From: a bacterium
GTDB lineage: Bacteria; Zhuqueibacterota; Zhuqueibacteria; Residuimicrobiales; Krinioviventaceae
Length of the DNA stretch: 64,000 nt
Direction of reading: 5' to 3'
Assembly: GCA_963675755.2 (NCBI GenBank)
Contig: CAXXMD010000003.1
Location: 2,112,001-2,176,000, forward strand
Positions 20,410 through 30,655 of the stretch are shown here, piece by piece. The translations under genes and the position numbers were made by a program. Numbering within the stretch: position 1 is the stretch's first letter; the number at the start of each line of letters is the position of its first letter. The notes under the pieces were generated by a model. It made no database searches. It saw only the letters and a program-made list of their open reading frames with translations, and had not been told where the DNA came from.

Positions 20410-20643
20410 TATTGGCTATTGGCCGTCAGCAAATTTCCCTGAAAATGAATAATCAAATCGATCTTTTCTATTTTTGATTCCAGAGCTTGGGTAGATTCCC
20501 TGCTAGTTGGGATGGGAAGGAATCTAACTGCTGATTTAAAAATACCGTGGGTGGTGAGGATTTCAATTAATTACATGTGAGAATTATCTGGATAGCGTGA
20601 AATCTCGTTTATCTGGGAGAGGGAAATATCAGGAGGACATTAT

Positions 20644-22749
20644 ATGAGTGTTGCGTTTAAAACTTTTCGCAAAGTCGTTAAAAGGAACGGTGTTGTTACC
20701 GATTTCGACTCGCAGAAAATTACCGGAGCTATTACTAAAGCCGGCTTGGCTACGGGCGAATTCGGTGAAGAAACATCCAAACTTTTAATGATTAAGGTTC
20801 TGTCTTTGGCCCAACAAATTTTAGACGATACTATTGTGACTGTTGAGCAGATACAGGATATTGTCGAAGAGGTATTATTAGCATCACCGTATAAAAAATC
20901 CGCCAAGGCGTATATTATTTATCGTGATCAACATGCCAGAATCCGTGAAATCAATTCCAAGTTTAATGTAGATTTGGTAAACCAGTATTTAACCCGAGCC
21001 GACTGGAAAGTAAATGAAAACAGCAATATGAGTTTTTCTTTGCAGGGATTGAATAACTATATATCTTCTGAAATCAGCAAGGTTTACTGGTTGAATAATA
21101 TTTTCCCCAACTATATTAAAGAAGCACATCTGAATGGTGATTTTCATATTCATGATCTGGGTGTGATTAGTGTTTATTGCGTGGGTTGGGATTTGTATGA
21201 CCTTTTAATTAATGGCTTTAAAGGGGCGGCAGGTAAGGTAGAATCCAAGCCGGCCAAACATTTCCGCAGCGCGTTGGGACAGATTGTAAACTTTTTCTAT
21301 ACTTTGCAGGGTGAAGCTGCTGGTGCTCAAGCTTTTTCAAATTTTGATACTCTGCTTGCCCCTTTTATTAAATATGACAACCTGAATTACAGAGAAGTTA
21401 AACAGGCACTGCAGGAATTTCTGTTTAACGTCAATGTGCCTACACGGGTTGGCTTTCAAACTCCTTTTACCAATGTAACACTTGACCTAACAATCCCTTC
21501 TTATTACGCTGATCAGGGTGTTGTGATTGGTGGTGAAGTGCAAGACAAAACCTACAGTGAATTCAAGACAGAGCTGGACATGTTTAATAAAGCGTTTCTT
21601 GAAGTCATGCTGGAAGGTGATGCCAAAGGCCGTGTGTTTACATTCCCGATTCCTACTTATAATATTACCAGCGATTTTGACTGGGACAATCCCAATCTGG
21701 AATTGTTGTGGGAAATTACCGGCAAGTATGGTATTCCGTATTTTGCAAATTTTGTAAATTCTGATATGCATCCCGAAGATGCACGTAGTATGTGCTGTCG
21801 TTTGAGAATTGATAATCGTGAACTGATCAAGCGCGGTGGTGGTCTGTTTGGATCGTCTCCATTAACAGGTTCTGTGGGTGTAGTTACCATTAATCTTCCC
21901 AGAATCGGTTACCTTGCCACTTCTGAAGAGGAATTCTTTGATCGTTTAACCAATTTGATGGATATGGCTCGCGACAGTCTTGAAACCAAACGTAAAATTC
22001 TTGAACGTTTTACTGACGACAATTTGTATCCCTATACCAAATATTATCTGCGTAATGTGAAAAAACGTTTCAATCAGTTTTGGAAAAACCATTTTGCAAC
22101 CATCGGTATTGTTGGCCTGAATGAAGCTTGTATCAATCTGTTTGGTGAAAATATAGGTTCTTCTATGGGACAGGATTTTGGTGTTAAAGTCCTTAATTTT
22201 ATGCGAGATAAACTTGTAGAATACCAGGAAGAAACCGGTAACAACTATAACCTCGAAGCAACCCCTGCCGAAAGTACAACATACCGCCTGGCAACTATAG
22301 ACAAAGAAAAATATCCAAATATTTTGAGTGCGATTGATCTTGAAAATGGAGCATGTTCTGCACCATTTTATACCAATTCATCACACTTGCCTGTGAATTA
22401 TACGGATGATCTTTTTGATCTGTTAGATATGCAGGATGATATGCAATCTCTGTACACCGGTGGTACGGTAATTCACTTGTTTATTGGTGAACGTATCAAA
22501 GATATGCAATCTCTGAAAACCCTTATTCGCAGGGTTTGTGATACATATAAACTTCCGTATTTCTCAATTACACCTACATTCAGTGTTTGTCCTACTTGTG
22601 GTTATTTGGAAGGCGAAAAAGAATTTTGTCCCAAATGTTCAAACAAGACTGAAATTTACTCACGTGTAGTTGGATACTTGCGTCCTGTTAACCAATGGAA
22701 TAAAGGAAAACAGGAGGAATTTGAAATGCGAAAGACATTTACTGTATGA
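20644..22749 (+). CDS. nrdD: Anaerobic (class III) ribonucleoside-triphosphate reductase
   Basis: ATP cone (VVKRNG), HIHDL, SMCCRL, ATPAES, CxxC..CxxC Zn site and glycyl-radical loop YSRVVGYLRP. Confidence 0.96.
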   Translation: MSVAFKTFRKVVKRNGVVTDFDSQKITGAITKAGLATGEFGEETSKLLMIKVLSLAQQILDDTIVTVEQIQDIVEEVLLASPYKKSAKAYIIYRDQHARIREINSKFNVDLVNQYLTRADWKVNENSNMSFSLQGLNNYISSEISKVYWLNNIFPNYIKEAHLNGDFHIHDLGVISVYCVGWDLYDLLINGFKGAAGKVESKPAKHFRSALGQIVNFFYTLQGEAAGAQAFSNFDTLLAPFIKYDNLNYREVKQALQEFLFNVNVPTRVGFQTPFTNVTLDLTIPSYYADQGVVIGGEVQDKTYSEFKTELDMFNKAFLEVMLEGDAKGRVFTFPIPTYNITSDFDWDNPNLELLWEITGKYGIPYFANFVNSDMHPEDARSMCCRLRIDNRELIKRGGGLFGSSPLTGSVGVVTINLPRIGYLATSEEEFFDRLTNLMDMARDSLETKRKILERFTDDNLYPYTKYYLRNVKKRFNQFWKNHFATIGIVGLNEACINLFGENIGSSMGQDFGVKVLNFMRDKLVEYQEETGNNYNLEATPAESTTYRLATIDKEKYPNILSAIDLENGACSAPFYTNSSHLPVNYTDDLFDLLDMQDDMQSLYTGGTVIHLFIGERIKDMQSLKTLIRRVCDTYKLPYFSITPTFSVCPTCGYLEGEKEFCPKCSNKTEIYSRVVGYLRPVNQWNKGKQEEFEMRKTFTV

Positions 22750-23417
22750 AAATCGGCGGTTTTCAACGAATCTCTTTGATAGACTACCCGGGTAAATTAT
22801 CAGCCGTTGTGTTTACCCGGGGTTGTAATTTCAGATGCCCCTTTTGCCACAATTCGGAACTTGTTTTACCAGACCGGTTTAGCCCTCTCATTCCCGAAGA
22901 CGAAATTTTCTCGTTTTTAAATAAACGCACCAAACATCTTGATGGTGTGGTGATTACAGGCGGAGAGCCGGCAATGCAGTCAGATTTGGAATCGTTTATC
23001 CAAAAGGTCAAAGAATTGGGATTTCTGGTAAAGTTGGATACTAATGGATCGTATCCCAATGTGATCAAAGATCTTTTGGATAAAAAGCTGCTGGATTTCA
23101 TTGCCATGGATATTAAATCGACATTTGAAAAATATTCACAAGCCGCTGGAATTGATGTAAATACAGATTCTGTAAAACAGTCTATTGAGATTATCCGGAA
23201 TGCGGGTATAGAACACATGTTTCGTACAACACTGGTTAAGAATTTAATTGATTTTGATGACGCGAAAATTATTAAAACATATTTAATTGATTCCCCCTAC
23301 CAGCTGCAGTATTTTCATCCTTCTGAAAAGATTATTAATCCCAATCTTGTTGAAAAAATACATTATACCCAAACCGAAATAACCCACTTTCAGGAAGAGC
23401 TGAATTCCGGTTCCTGA
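22746..23417 (+). CDS. nrdG: Anaerobic RNR activating enzyme (radical SAM)
   Basis: CNFRCPFCHN, ITGGEP and KLDTNGS motifs; ATGA overlap with nrdD. Confidence 0.93.
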   Translation: MKIGGFQRISLIDYPGKLSAVVFTRGCNFRCPFCHNSELVLPDRFSPLIPEDEIFSFLNKRTKHLDGVVITGGEPAMQSDLESFIQKVKELGFLVKLDTNGSYPNVIKDLLDKKLLDFIAMDIKSTFEKYSQAAGIDVNTDSVKQSIEIIRNAGIEHMFRTTLVKNLIDFDDAKIIKTYLIDSPYQLQYFHPSEKIINPNLVEKIHYTQTEITHFQEELNSGS

Positions 23418-23422
23418 TTTTT

Positions 23423-23941
23423 TTATTCAAAATCTTTATAAAGCATACTGGGCTGTACTTCTTTATTGTTCTGGTATTTATTGCTGGTGTATGTTTGGTA
23501 ATCACCTTCCAGGGTGTGATAGTAAATTTGGCAAATTTCAACACCGGCATAAATTCTGATGGGCTGTACACAGATAATTTCCAGGGTCCAGTATCCCTTA
23601 AAACCTACATCTCCAAAGCCTGCGGTCACATGTACAAACATTCCGAGCCGTCCTATAGAAGATCTGCCCTCAAGCATGGGTACAAATTTCTCAGTAGCAG
23701 TATATTCAACCGTTCTGCCAAGATATAGAATATTGGGTTGCAGAACGTAACCTTTATCCGGAATTTTGATACGTGTTGCCTTGTTGATTTTTTTCATGTC
23801 CAGTTCATTGGTATCATAAACCAAGAGTTCGTCATGCAGACTGAGGTTATAGCTGTTGGGATTAATCCGTTCAGGGTAATACGGATCAATGATAATTTCT
23901 TTATTTATATGTTTTTTTATTTCAAGTCCTGATAAAATCAT
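23423..23941 (-). CDS. dcd: dCTP deaminase
   Basis: MILSG start, NPNSYNL, EGRSSIGRLG, AGFGDVGFKGYWTLEI, ICQI and KYQ motifs. Confidence 0.9.
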   Translation of the reverse strand: MILSGLEIKKHINKEIIIDPYYPERINPNSYNLSLHDELLVYDTNELDMKKINKATRIKIPDKGYVLQPNILYLGRTVEYTATEKFVPMLEGRSSIGRLGMFVHVTAGFGDVGFKGYWTLEIICVQPIRIYAGVEICQIYYHTLEGDYQTYTSNKYQNNKEVQPSMLYKDFE

Positions 23942-24139
23942 AAGTTTTCTCAATTTACAAATATTTATTTTAGTGGCCCACAAAGCTCAAGGATTCTTGT
24001 ACCTCTATCTTTATGAGATGAATAGTTTGATAATTTACAAAAAATATAAACTAAAACAAAAGCTCAAACATTAAAAATACTTTGTTTTTAACAAAAAAAA
24101 TGTTAATTTACTCCCTTTTTCAATAACGAATGAATTATT

Positions 24140-24385
24140 ATGAATTTAGAACAGTTAATATCCGGACAACGTGCTATAATTAAAGAAATTAGGGCAAATG
24201 ATAATGTGAAAAGACGTTTGATGCTGCTGGGTTTTGCAGCAGGTCAAAACGTTGCTATGATTAAATCTGCGCCTCTCAAAGATCCTCTTGAAGTGTCATT
24301 GCAGGGAGGACATCTCAGTATTCGACGAAGTGAAGCAGCATTAATAGAAGTTGAACTCATTAATGGTGACCCTCTTGAAAGATAA
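24140..24385 (+). CDS. feoA: Ferrous iron transport protein A
   Basis: RRLMLLGF...APLKDP...IRRSEA; upstream of feoB. Confidence 0.9.
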   Translation: MNLEQLISGQRAIIKEIRANDNVKRRLMLLGFAAGQNVAMIKSAPLKDPLEVSLQGGHLSIRRSEAALIEVELINGDPLER

Positions 24386-26504
24386 ATCTATTACAATTGC
24401 TTTAGCCGGAAATCCCAATTCCGGAAAGACTTCTATCTTTAATGGCTTGACAGGTGCCAGGCAAAAAGTAGGCAATTTTGCCGGTGTAACTGTGGAAAAG
24501 CGAGAGGGCCGCAAGTTATATAACGGTTATGAATTAAATATTGTTGATCTTCCCGGTACGTACAGTCTTACCGCTCAATCTCTTGATGAAAAAGTTGCTC
24601 GCGATTTTTTGCTGAATGAATCTCCCGATATCGTTATCAATGTTATAGACAGTGGATGCCTGGAAAGAAGTTTGTATCTGACCACACAACTGATTGCAAT
24701 GGGATTGGATGTGATCATTGATCTGAATATGTGGGATGAACTGGAAAAATCGGGTGATGCCATTGAAATAGATACACTTTCAGTATTGCTGGGAACTCCG
24801 GTTGTAACTTCTGTTGCAAGCCGCGGTAAAGGTATAAACAAGCTGCTGGATGCGGTGATTGAGTTGCATGAAAACCGTCAAACCATTCACCATCACCCAC
24901 CCATCTCTTATGGTCCATTGCTTGATGATATGATTCGTGATATCAGTGATGAAATAGAAAAATGTGGTTTGAATTCAGAAGGGGCAAACTCTCGCTGGCT
25001 TGCTGTTAAATTTATAGAGCGTGATGAACAAATTGAATCCCTGTACAAAAACAAGTTAAGGCAATACAAAACACTTGAAGATAAAATAGATAAAGCTGTT
25101 CAACATATCAAGGTTACTACATCATCTGATCCCGAGTTTGCTATAGAAGAAGGTAGAATGGGATTTGTTGCCGGAGTGGTAAGAGAGGTAGCAAAGAAAA
25201 AGAGTTTTAACCGTATGTGGTTGTCTACCCAGATTGATAATTTTCTTACCCATCCGCTTTTGGGGTATCCTTTATTTTTACTATTTATGTGGTTGATCTT
25301 TTATGCTACTTTTTCTTTGGGCGAATATCCCCAGATGTGGTTCGAGACCGGGATCTCTCAATTACAACTGTTATTAACAAGCATTTTACCTCATGGCCCT
25401 ATTGTTGATCTGGTGGTTGAAGGTGTTATTGGTGGTGTGGGCTCTGTTATTGTCTTTTTACCCAACATTGTGATTCTGTTCCTGGGAATCTCTTTGCTTG
25501 AAGATTCAGGTTATATGGCACGTGCAGCGTTTTTAACTGATAAACCCATGCATTTTTTAGGACTTCATGGAAAATCCTTTATACCTATGCTGATGGGTTT
25601 TGGATGTACAGTGCCGGCTATTATGGCTACCCGTACCCTGGAATCTCCCCGAGACAGAATATTGACCACGTTGCTTTTACCCATGGTATCTTGCAGCGCT
25701 AAACTACCAGTGTATATTCTTATTGCCGGTACCTTTTTTGAAAAAAGGGCAGGGCATGTAGTTTTTTCCATGTATATATTGGGTATTGTTTTTGCAATTA
25801 TTGTTGCGCGAATATTACAACGGACCATGGTTAAAACAGAGAGCATACCTTTTGTAATGGAATTGCCTCCCTATCGCTGGCCTACTTTTAAATCCGTAGT
25901 AATCCACATGTGGGAAAAAAGTAAACTGTATCTTAAAAAAATGAGTGGTGTTATTCTGATCGCATCTGTAATTTTATGGGCGTTGGGTTACTTTCCCAAG
26001 AGCGAAAAATTAACAGCACAATATGACCAAAACATTGAGACTTTGAAACAACAAACACCGCTTGATGTACAAAAGCTGGACTCGCTGATCAAAGAAAAAA
26101 GAGCGGCCGAGTTGGAATACTCGTTCATCGGGCGCATTGGTAAAGGAGTAGAACCGGTCTTTAAGCCGTTGGGTTTCAACTGGCAGATGAGTGTTTCTCT
26201 GTTTACCGGTTTTGCGGCGAAAGAAGTGGTTGTTTCTACATTGGGTGTGTTGTATCAGGTAGAGCCCAGTGATGAACCAACAACCAGTCTTTCTGAAAAA
26301 TTGAAAAACAGCGAAATTACTCCGCTTGCAGCATACACGTTCCTGGTTTTTATCTTGTTATATACCGCATGCATTGCCAGTGTTGTGGCTATAAAACGAG
26401 AAATTGGTATAAAATGGATGACATTTTCCATAGTATTTCAGACTGCAATTGCATGGATTGTATCATTTGTAGTCTATAATGCAGGTATGTTAATGGGATT
26501 GTAA
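24363..26504 (+). CDS. feoB: Ferrous iron transport protein B
   Basis: GNPNSGKT, VGNFAGVTVE, DLPGTYSL, EDSGYMAR, GFGCTVP and FVMELPPY motifs. Start uncertain (ATG 24363 or TTG 24375). Confidence 0.95.
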   Translation: MVTLLKDKSITIALAGNPNSGKTSIFNGLTGARQKVGNFAGVTVEKREGRKLYNGYELNIVDLPGTYSLTAQSLDEKVARDFLLNESPDIVINVIDSGCLERSLYLTTQLIAMGLDVIIDLNMWDELEKSGDAIEIDTLSVLLGTPVVTSVASRGKGINKLLDAVIELHENRQTIHHHPPISYGPLLDDMIRDISDEIEKCGLNSEGANSRWLAVKFIERDEQIESLYKNKLRQYKTLEDKIDKAVQHIKVTTSSDPEFAIEEGRMGFVAGVVREVAKKKSFNRMWLSTQIDNFLTHPLLGYPLFLLFMWLIFYATFSLGEYPQMWFETGISQLQLLLTSILPHGPIVDLVVEGVIGGVGSVIVFLPNIVILFLGISLLEDSGYMARAAFLTDKPMHFLGLHGKSFIPMLMGFGCTVPAIMATRTLESPRDRILTTLLLPMVSCSAKLPVYILIAGTFFEKRAGHVVFSMYILGIVFAIIVARILQRTMVKTESIPFVMELPPYRWPTFKSVVIHMWEKSKLYLKKMSGVILIASVILWALGYFPKSEKLTAQYDQNIETLKQQTPLDVQKLDSLIKEKRAAELEYSFIGRIGKGVEPVFKPLGFNWQMSVSLFTGFAAKEVVVSTLGVLYQVEPSDEPTTSLSEKLKNSEITPLAAYTFLVFILLYTACIASVVAIKREIGIKWMTFSIVFQTAIAWIVSFVVYNAGMLMGL

Positions 26505-26508
26505 GTTT

Positions 26509-27402
26509 ATGGATCATCACCATCATCATCACTCACATACTCATAATGACGACATCAAGAATTTGAAAATCGCGTTTTTTTTGAATTTTTTGTTTTCTCT
26601 ATTAGAGTTGGTTGGTGGTCTGTTGACCAATTCTATGGCTATTCTTTCTGATGCATTACATGATTTTGGGGATTCTCTTTCAATTGGGTTATCCTGGTAT
26701 TTTCAAAATTTTTCCAAAAAATCAGCCGATGAACAATATACATATGGTTACCGCAGGTTTTCTCTAATCTCTGCTTTGGTAAATTCATTTGTATTGTTTG
26801 CGGGCTCTATCTTTATTATTCGGGAAGCCATACCTCGCTTGCTTGATCCAGAACCGGTGCATTCATTGGGAATGTTGGGTTTGGCCGTTCTGGGTATTGT
26901 ATTCAATGGTATTGCCATTTTGAGACTGCACAAAGGTAATTCTGTCAATGAACGTATGGTAAAACTGCATCTGCTGGAAGATGTTTTAGGGTGGATTGCC
27001 GTATTGGTTGGCAGTGTTTTGATCTATTTCTTTGACTGGACGTTTCTTGATCCGCTCTTGTCTATGGGTATAGCTGCTTTTATTTTGTGGAATGTGTTCA
27101 AGAATTTTAAACAGATAGTAGGGGTATTTTTGCAAGCCATACCTTCTGATGTAGACATAAATGGCCTGATTGATGAACTGGCTGGTATTGAGGGCGTTCG
27201 ATCCGTAAGTGATGTACACATCTGGTCTCTTGATGGCGAGTTTCATATTTTATCCGCACATCTTGAAATTGAAGATTCTATTCCACGAACTGAGATTGAA
27301 GCACTTAAAGCTCGGGCACGCGAGATTGTAAAAAGATATCACATAGAACATGAGACCTTTGAGATTGGTTTTAGTGACAGAGCGTGTATGTTTCGTTGTT
27401 AA
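26509..27402 (+). CDS. Cation diffusion facilitator (CzcD/ZitB-like Zn/Co/Cd efflux)
   Basis: His-rich N-terminus, SDALHD, YTYGYRR, HLLED and DVHIWSL motifs. Confidence 0.92.
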   Translation: MDHHHHHHSHTHNDDIKNLKIAFFLNFLFSLLELVGGLLTNSMAILSDALHDFGDSLSIGLSWYFQNFSKKSADEQYTYGYRRFSLISALVNSFVLFAGSIFIIREAIPRLLDPEPVHSLGMLGLAVLGIVFNGIAILRLHKGNSVNERMVKLHLLEDVLGWIAVLVGSVLIYFFDWTFLDPLLSMGIAAFILWNVFKNFKQIVGVFLQAIPSDVDINGLIDELAGIEGVRSVSDVHIWSLDGEFHILSAHLEIEDSIPRTEIEALKARAREIVKRYHIEHETFEIGFSDRACMFRC

Positions 27403-27430
27403 TGTTGTTTATATAAAGGGCATTGAGAAA

Positions 27431-28039
27431 ATGAAAAAGATTGATTTCAAAAAAGAACTCAAGTTACTCTATGCTCCATCTGCTAAAGCTTGTACTTTAG
27501 TTGATGTACCATCAATGAATTACCTGATGGTAGACGCAGAGGGGGATCCCAATAAAGTCAAAATATTTCAGGATGCTATTGAAGCGCTATATAGTTTGTC
27601 CTACTATATCAAATTTCACTTGAAAAATAATTTTGAATATGATTATGTTGTACCACCGCTTGAAGGCTTGTGGTGGACTGATGATATGAAAGAATTCAGT
27701 ATAGAGAATAAAGATATTTGGAAATGGACACTGATGATCATGCAGCCGGAAAAGGTAACTGCGGATCTTTTTGCGGAGGCAGTGGAAGCAGTCCGCAAAA
27801 AGAAAAATCCTGTCGCATTAGATCAAGTGTATTTCAAACAGTATGCTGAGGGGAGATCTGCACAAATTATGCATATTGGGCCCTATGCGGAAGAAGCTCC
27901 AACAATTCAAACGTTACATGACTTTATTGATCAACAGGGATTAGAGCGGAGGGGAAAACATCATGAAATTTATCTCAGTGATCCTCGCAAGGCAGATCCT
28001 GTTAAAATGAAGACTATACTTCGTCAGCCTGTGGGGTAA
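27431..28039 (+). CDS. GyrI-like small-molecule-binding domain protein
   Basis: KIDFKKELK.LY, PPLEGLWW, WTLMIMQP, MHIGPY, HHEIYLSDPR and KTILRQP motifs. Confidence 0.88.
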   Translation: MKKIDFKKELKLLYAPSAKACTLVDVPSMNYLMVDAEGDPNKVKIFQDAIEALYSLSYYIKFHLKNNFEYDYVVPPLEGLWWTDDMKEFSIENKDIWKWTLMIMQPEKVTADLFAEAVEAVRKKKNPVALDQVYFKQYAEGRSAQIMHIGPYAEEAPTIQTLHDFIDQQGLERRGKHHEIYLSDPRKADPVKMKTILRQPVG

Positions 28040-28214
28040 GTGGTTTTTTATGTGTTCCGTCACAAAAGGGTTTGGTTGCTGAACGGTTACAGCTACAGAG
28101 GTAGATGGGGCCTGTTCTAATCTCTTCACTGCCGTCAGGGTGAACAAGTTTAACCTCACCTTCTACCAGGTATGAGCGGTTTTCTCTGATTTTGATTACA
28201 GTTTCTGAATTCAT
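28014..28214 (-). CDS. CDGSH iron-sulfur domain protein
   Basis: CSCNRSATKPFCDGTH matches the CDGSH motif. Confidence 0.88.
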   Translation of the reverse strand: MNSETVIKIRENRSYLVEGEVKLVHPDGSEEIRTGPIYLCSCNRSATKPFCDGTHKKPLTPQADEV

Positions 28215-28305
28215 TGATTTTCCTTATAATTATATCGCATCGTATCAATTTTTAATAAAAGGAAAACAGATAAATCGGTTTTGTTATTTCATAAAAATTT
28301 TACAT

Positions 28306-28340
28306 AAAAAAAGCAGGGTAGATTTACCCTGCTTTTTTTT
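28306..28340 (-). terminator. Bidirectional-type intrinsic terminator after the GH43 gene
   Basis: A-run, GCAGGGTA/TACCCTGC stem, T-run. Confidence 0.85.
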
Positions 28341-28344
28341 ATTA

Positions 28345-29388
28345 TTAATCAATCATAACCGCACCGGATGGAAATTTCTGCCAGGTTCTTGTTGGCCCGT
28401 TAATATGCAGTACTCCATTTTCAAAATACATCCGGTCAAGATTGGGCGTGCGGTTACCGGATGGATTTGCCGGATCCGTATGGGTGTGATAGATGATAAA
28501 CATTTCTGATCCATCGGGGGAAACGGTTATACTATTATGGCCGGGGCCTGAAGCGCCTATGTCAAGATTGGATACGAGCACAGGATTTTGTTCATATTTT
28601 TTCCAGGGACCGGTAGGCGAGTTGGATGTAGCATAACCGATGGCGTAATCGGGACTGGCAAAGTAATTTGCTGAATACATGAGGAAATACACTCCATCAT
28701 GTTTTAATACAAAGGGGCCTTCGTTCCATTGCCATTCCGCATCCGGATGTTCCCATTCCTGAGATGGGGTGATACACAATGTGGGTTCTCCAACAGGTTT
28801 AAGATTCTCTTTTGACATTTTTTGTACCCAGATTTGACTAACATGATTACCATTGATTATGTTGTCTGAACAATCCAAAGAGTAATATAGATAGGGGGTG
28901 CCATCGTCATCAAAGAAAAAGTGACCGTCAATACAGCTCTGTTCATTTTGAATCAGGGGGGTGTATAGATCGTCAAATGGGCCCAGCGGATCATGACTGA
29001 CAGCAAGGCACAGTTTCAGTTTGTCATCTTTTTTGTCGCGTGCACTGTAGGTCATGTAATATTTGTCATTATAAAAAACGACTTCGGGAGCCCAGAATGC
29101 CTCGTCTGCCCATTGATTGTCTTGCGATAGTATGTCATACGCCAAACCGGCTTCAATCCATTGCATCAGATTGGTTGATACAAAAACTTTGAATCCACGG
29201 GTTTGCACAGAGGTGCAGTACATATAATACAAATCACCCTGTTTCATAACAAAGGGATCACCGATATGGGTTATAGTACCCATAGGATTTCTATATTTTG
29301 TACCCCTTTGAGAAAATCCGCTGGTAGTGAAAAGCAATAAAAGAAAAACAGTAATTGTAATTTTTAATGTGTTTTCAGCTTTACTCAT
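28345..29388 (-). CDS. Glycoside hydrolase family 43
   Basis: GDPFV, WAPEV, IDGH, NEGP and GPGHNS motifs; signal peptide. Confidence 0.92.
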   Translation of the reverse strand: MSKAENTLKITITVFLLLLFTTSGFSQRGTKYRNPMGTITHIGDPFVMKQGDLYYMYCTSVQTRGFKVFVSTNLMQWIEAGLAYDILSQDNQWADEAFWAPEVVFYNDKYYMTYSARDKKDDKLKLCLAVSHDPLGPFDDLYTPLIQNEQSCIDGHFFFDDDGTPYLYYSLDCSDNIINGNHVSQIWVQKMSKENLKPVGEPTLCITPSQEWEHPDAEWQWNEGPFVLKHDGVYFLMYSANYFASPDYAIGYATSNSPTGPWKKYEQNPVLVSNLDIGASGPGHNSITVSPDGSEMFIIYHTHTDPANPSGNRTPNLDRMYFENGVLHINGPTRTWQKFPSGAVMID

Positions 29389-29444
29389 TTCCCGACCTCT
29401 TTCGTTACTGCTCTATATTTATTATTTATTTTTTAATGCATGAA

Positions 29445-30644
29445 TCAATCAAAAGTTTCTATGGTAATGGGCTCACCAATTGTTTTGTACATATTGTCAA
29501 TAGTTTCTCGTGTTGTGTTGATTCCGTCAAGAATCCAGAAACGATAATTGAGTTTTAATGGATCTTCGGGTACCAGGTCAAACGGAATGTATTCACCAAA
29601 CCTTCCATACAGGCGTTCTGAAAAATCAGCGGGTCCGGGATTAGAAGGCGCAGACATGTAAACCACCGTATATGCTTGTGAATCTACAGCATACTGTAAA
29701 GCATTCCAGGGCAGATCTACATGACTTTCATCATTGATTTCCTGATCTGCCGGGAGCTGGTCCCAGCCTTGCGGGCGAAGGTAGCGTGTATCCTGCTTGT
29801 GGTCAGCAACATATTGTGCGGCGCGGAACTGAACTCCCGCATGCTGCCGGTCACCTCCGAGTTTTACCAGACCGTCGAGTGATTCTAGAGAAGATTCAAA
29901 ATCAATCAAGGTTGATCCGTCTTGTGTTTTAAAAGCTCGAACTGTGCGGACTTCGGTCATAATGGTTTCGTTGTTGCGGGTTATCCAGTCAATGCTTAAA
30001 GAATGGCCGCCAAAGACAGGACCTACACTGTAACTGATAAATGACTGGTGTTCCGTATAATCTCCATCAAGCGAAGCCCAGAGATTGTACAAACTGTCAC
30101 CAATGCTGACATTGCGATACCCAAAAAAGATACCACGATGATGCGGGTAGAGTCCGCCTTCTCCTTTGGTGATCAATTGAGAGCCATCCGGCGAGTATAC
30201 CTGGTGATAAGGTTTTTGATTTACATCCGGATTTTGTGGATCAAAAGCTTTGTAAACATATTCCATAACCGGTGTATCTTTATACATCAATTTTGCGGTA
30301 CCGTTTTCATCGTCAACCCACTGATACCGTGTGTCGGCACAAGATTTGCCGATAAAGATGGTCCAGTTTTGGGTTTCACCCGCTTTCATTGCAGGCTGCA
30401 TCCACCAGACTCTGGCAAAACCGCCACCAATATTCTCCAACTGTCCCGGTATTTTACTTTTTCCATCAGACAAGCAGACCGGTAAATTGGGAGTAACGGC
30501 CGGCAACAAAACATCTGTATACATGGGTGACTCGGGCCGATCGACATTACCGGCATTGAGCTTGATCTCGTGTTGAGATTGGTAGGAGGAACAAGAAAAA
30601 AACATTACTGCTATCATGACAAGTAGATATTTAAAATTTTTCAC
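29445..30644 (-). CDS. PmoA-like (DUF6807) lipoprotein
   Basis: KPYHQV.SPDG..IT, HHRGIFFG, GVQFRA and LNYRF motifs; lipobox FFSC; GTG start after RBS GAGGAG. Confidence 0.65.
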   Translation of the reverse strand: MKNFKYLLVMIAVMFFSCSSYQSQHEIKLNAGNVDRPESPMYTDVLLPAVTPNLPVCLSDGKSKIPGQLENIGGGFARVWWMQPAMKAGETQNWTIFIGKSCADTRYQWVDDENGTAKLMYKDTPVMEYVYKAFDPQNPDVNQKPYHQVYSPDGSQLITKGEGGLYPHHRGIFFGYRNVSIGDSLYNLWASLDGDYTEHQSFISYSVGPVFGGHSLSIDWITRNNETIMTEVRTVRAFKTQDGSTLIDFESSLESLDGLVKLGGDRQHAGVQFRAAQYVADHKQDTRYLRPQGWDQLPADQEINDESHVDLPWNALQYAVDSQAYTVVYMSAPSNPGPADFSERLYGRFGEYIPFDLVPEDPLKLNYRFWILDGINTTRETIDNMYKTIGEPITIETFD

Positions 30645-30655
30645 AAAGTATCTCC

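Noticed and set aside
20480-20640. Cobalamin riboswitch before nrdD
   Set aside because: Only an isolated GGGAAG is present. The other conserved elements (CCCGC.ACTGT, GCCACTG, AG.CAG) are missing.
24115-24142. Fur/DtxR box before feoA
   Set aside because: Only a weak AATAA-N8-TTATT symmetry in very AT-rich DNA, not distinguishable from chance.
29445-30644. Methane monooxygenase subunit (PmoA name)
   Set aside because: This is a soluble lipoprotein of the PmoA-like/DUF6807 family next to a glycosidase. It has no multi-TM pattern and no pmoB/pmoC neighbours.
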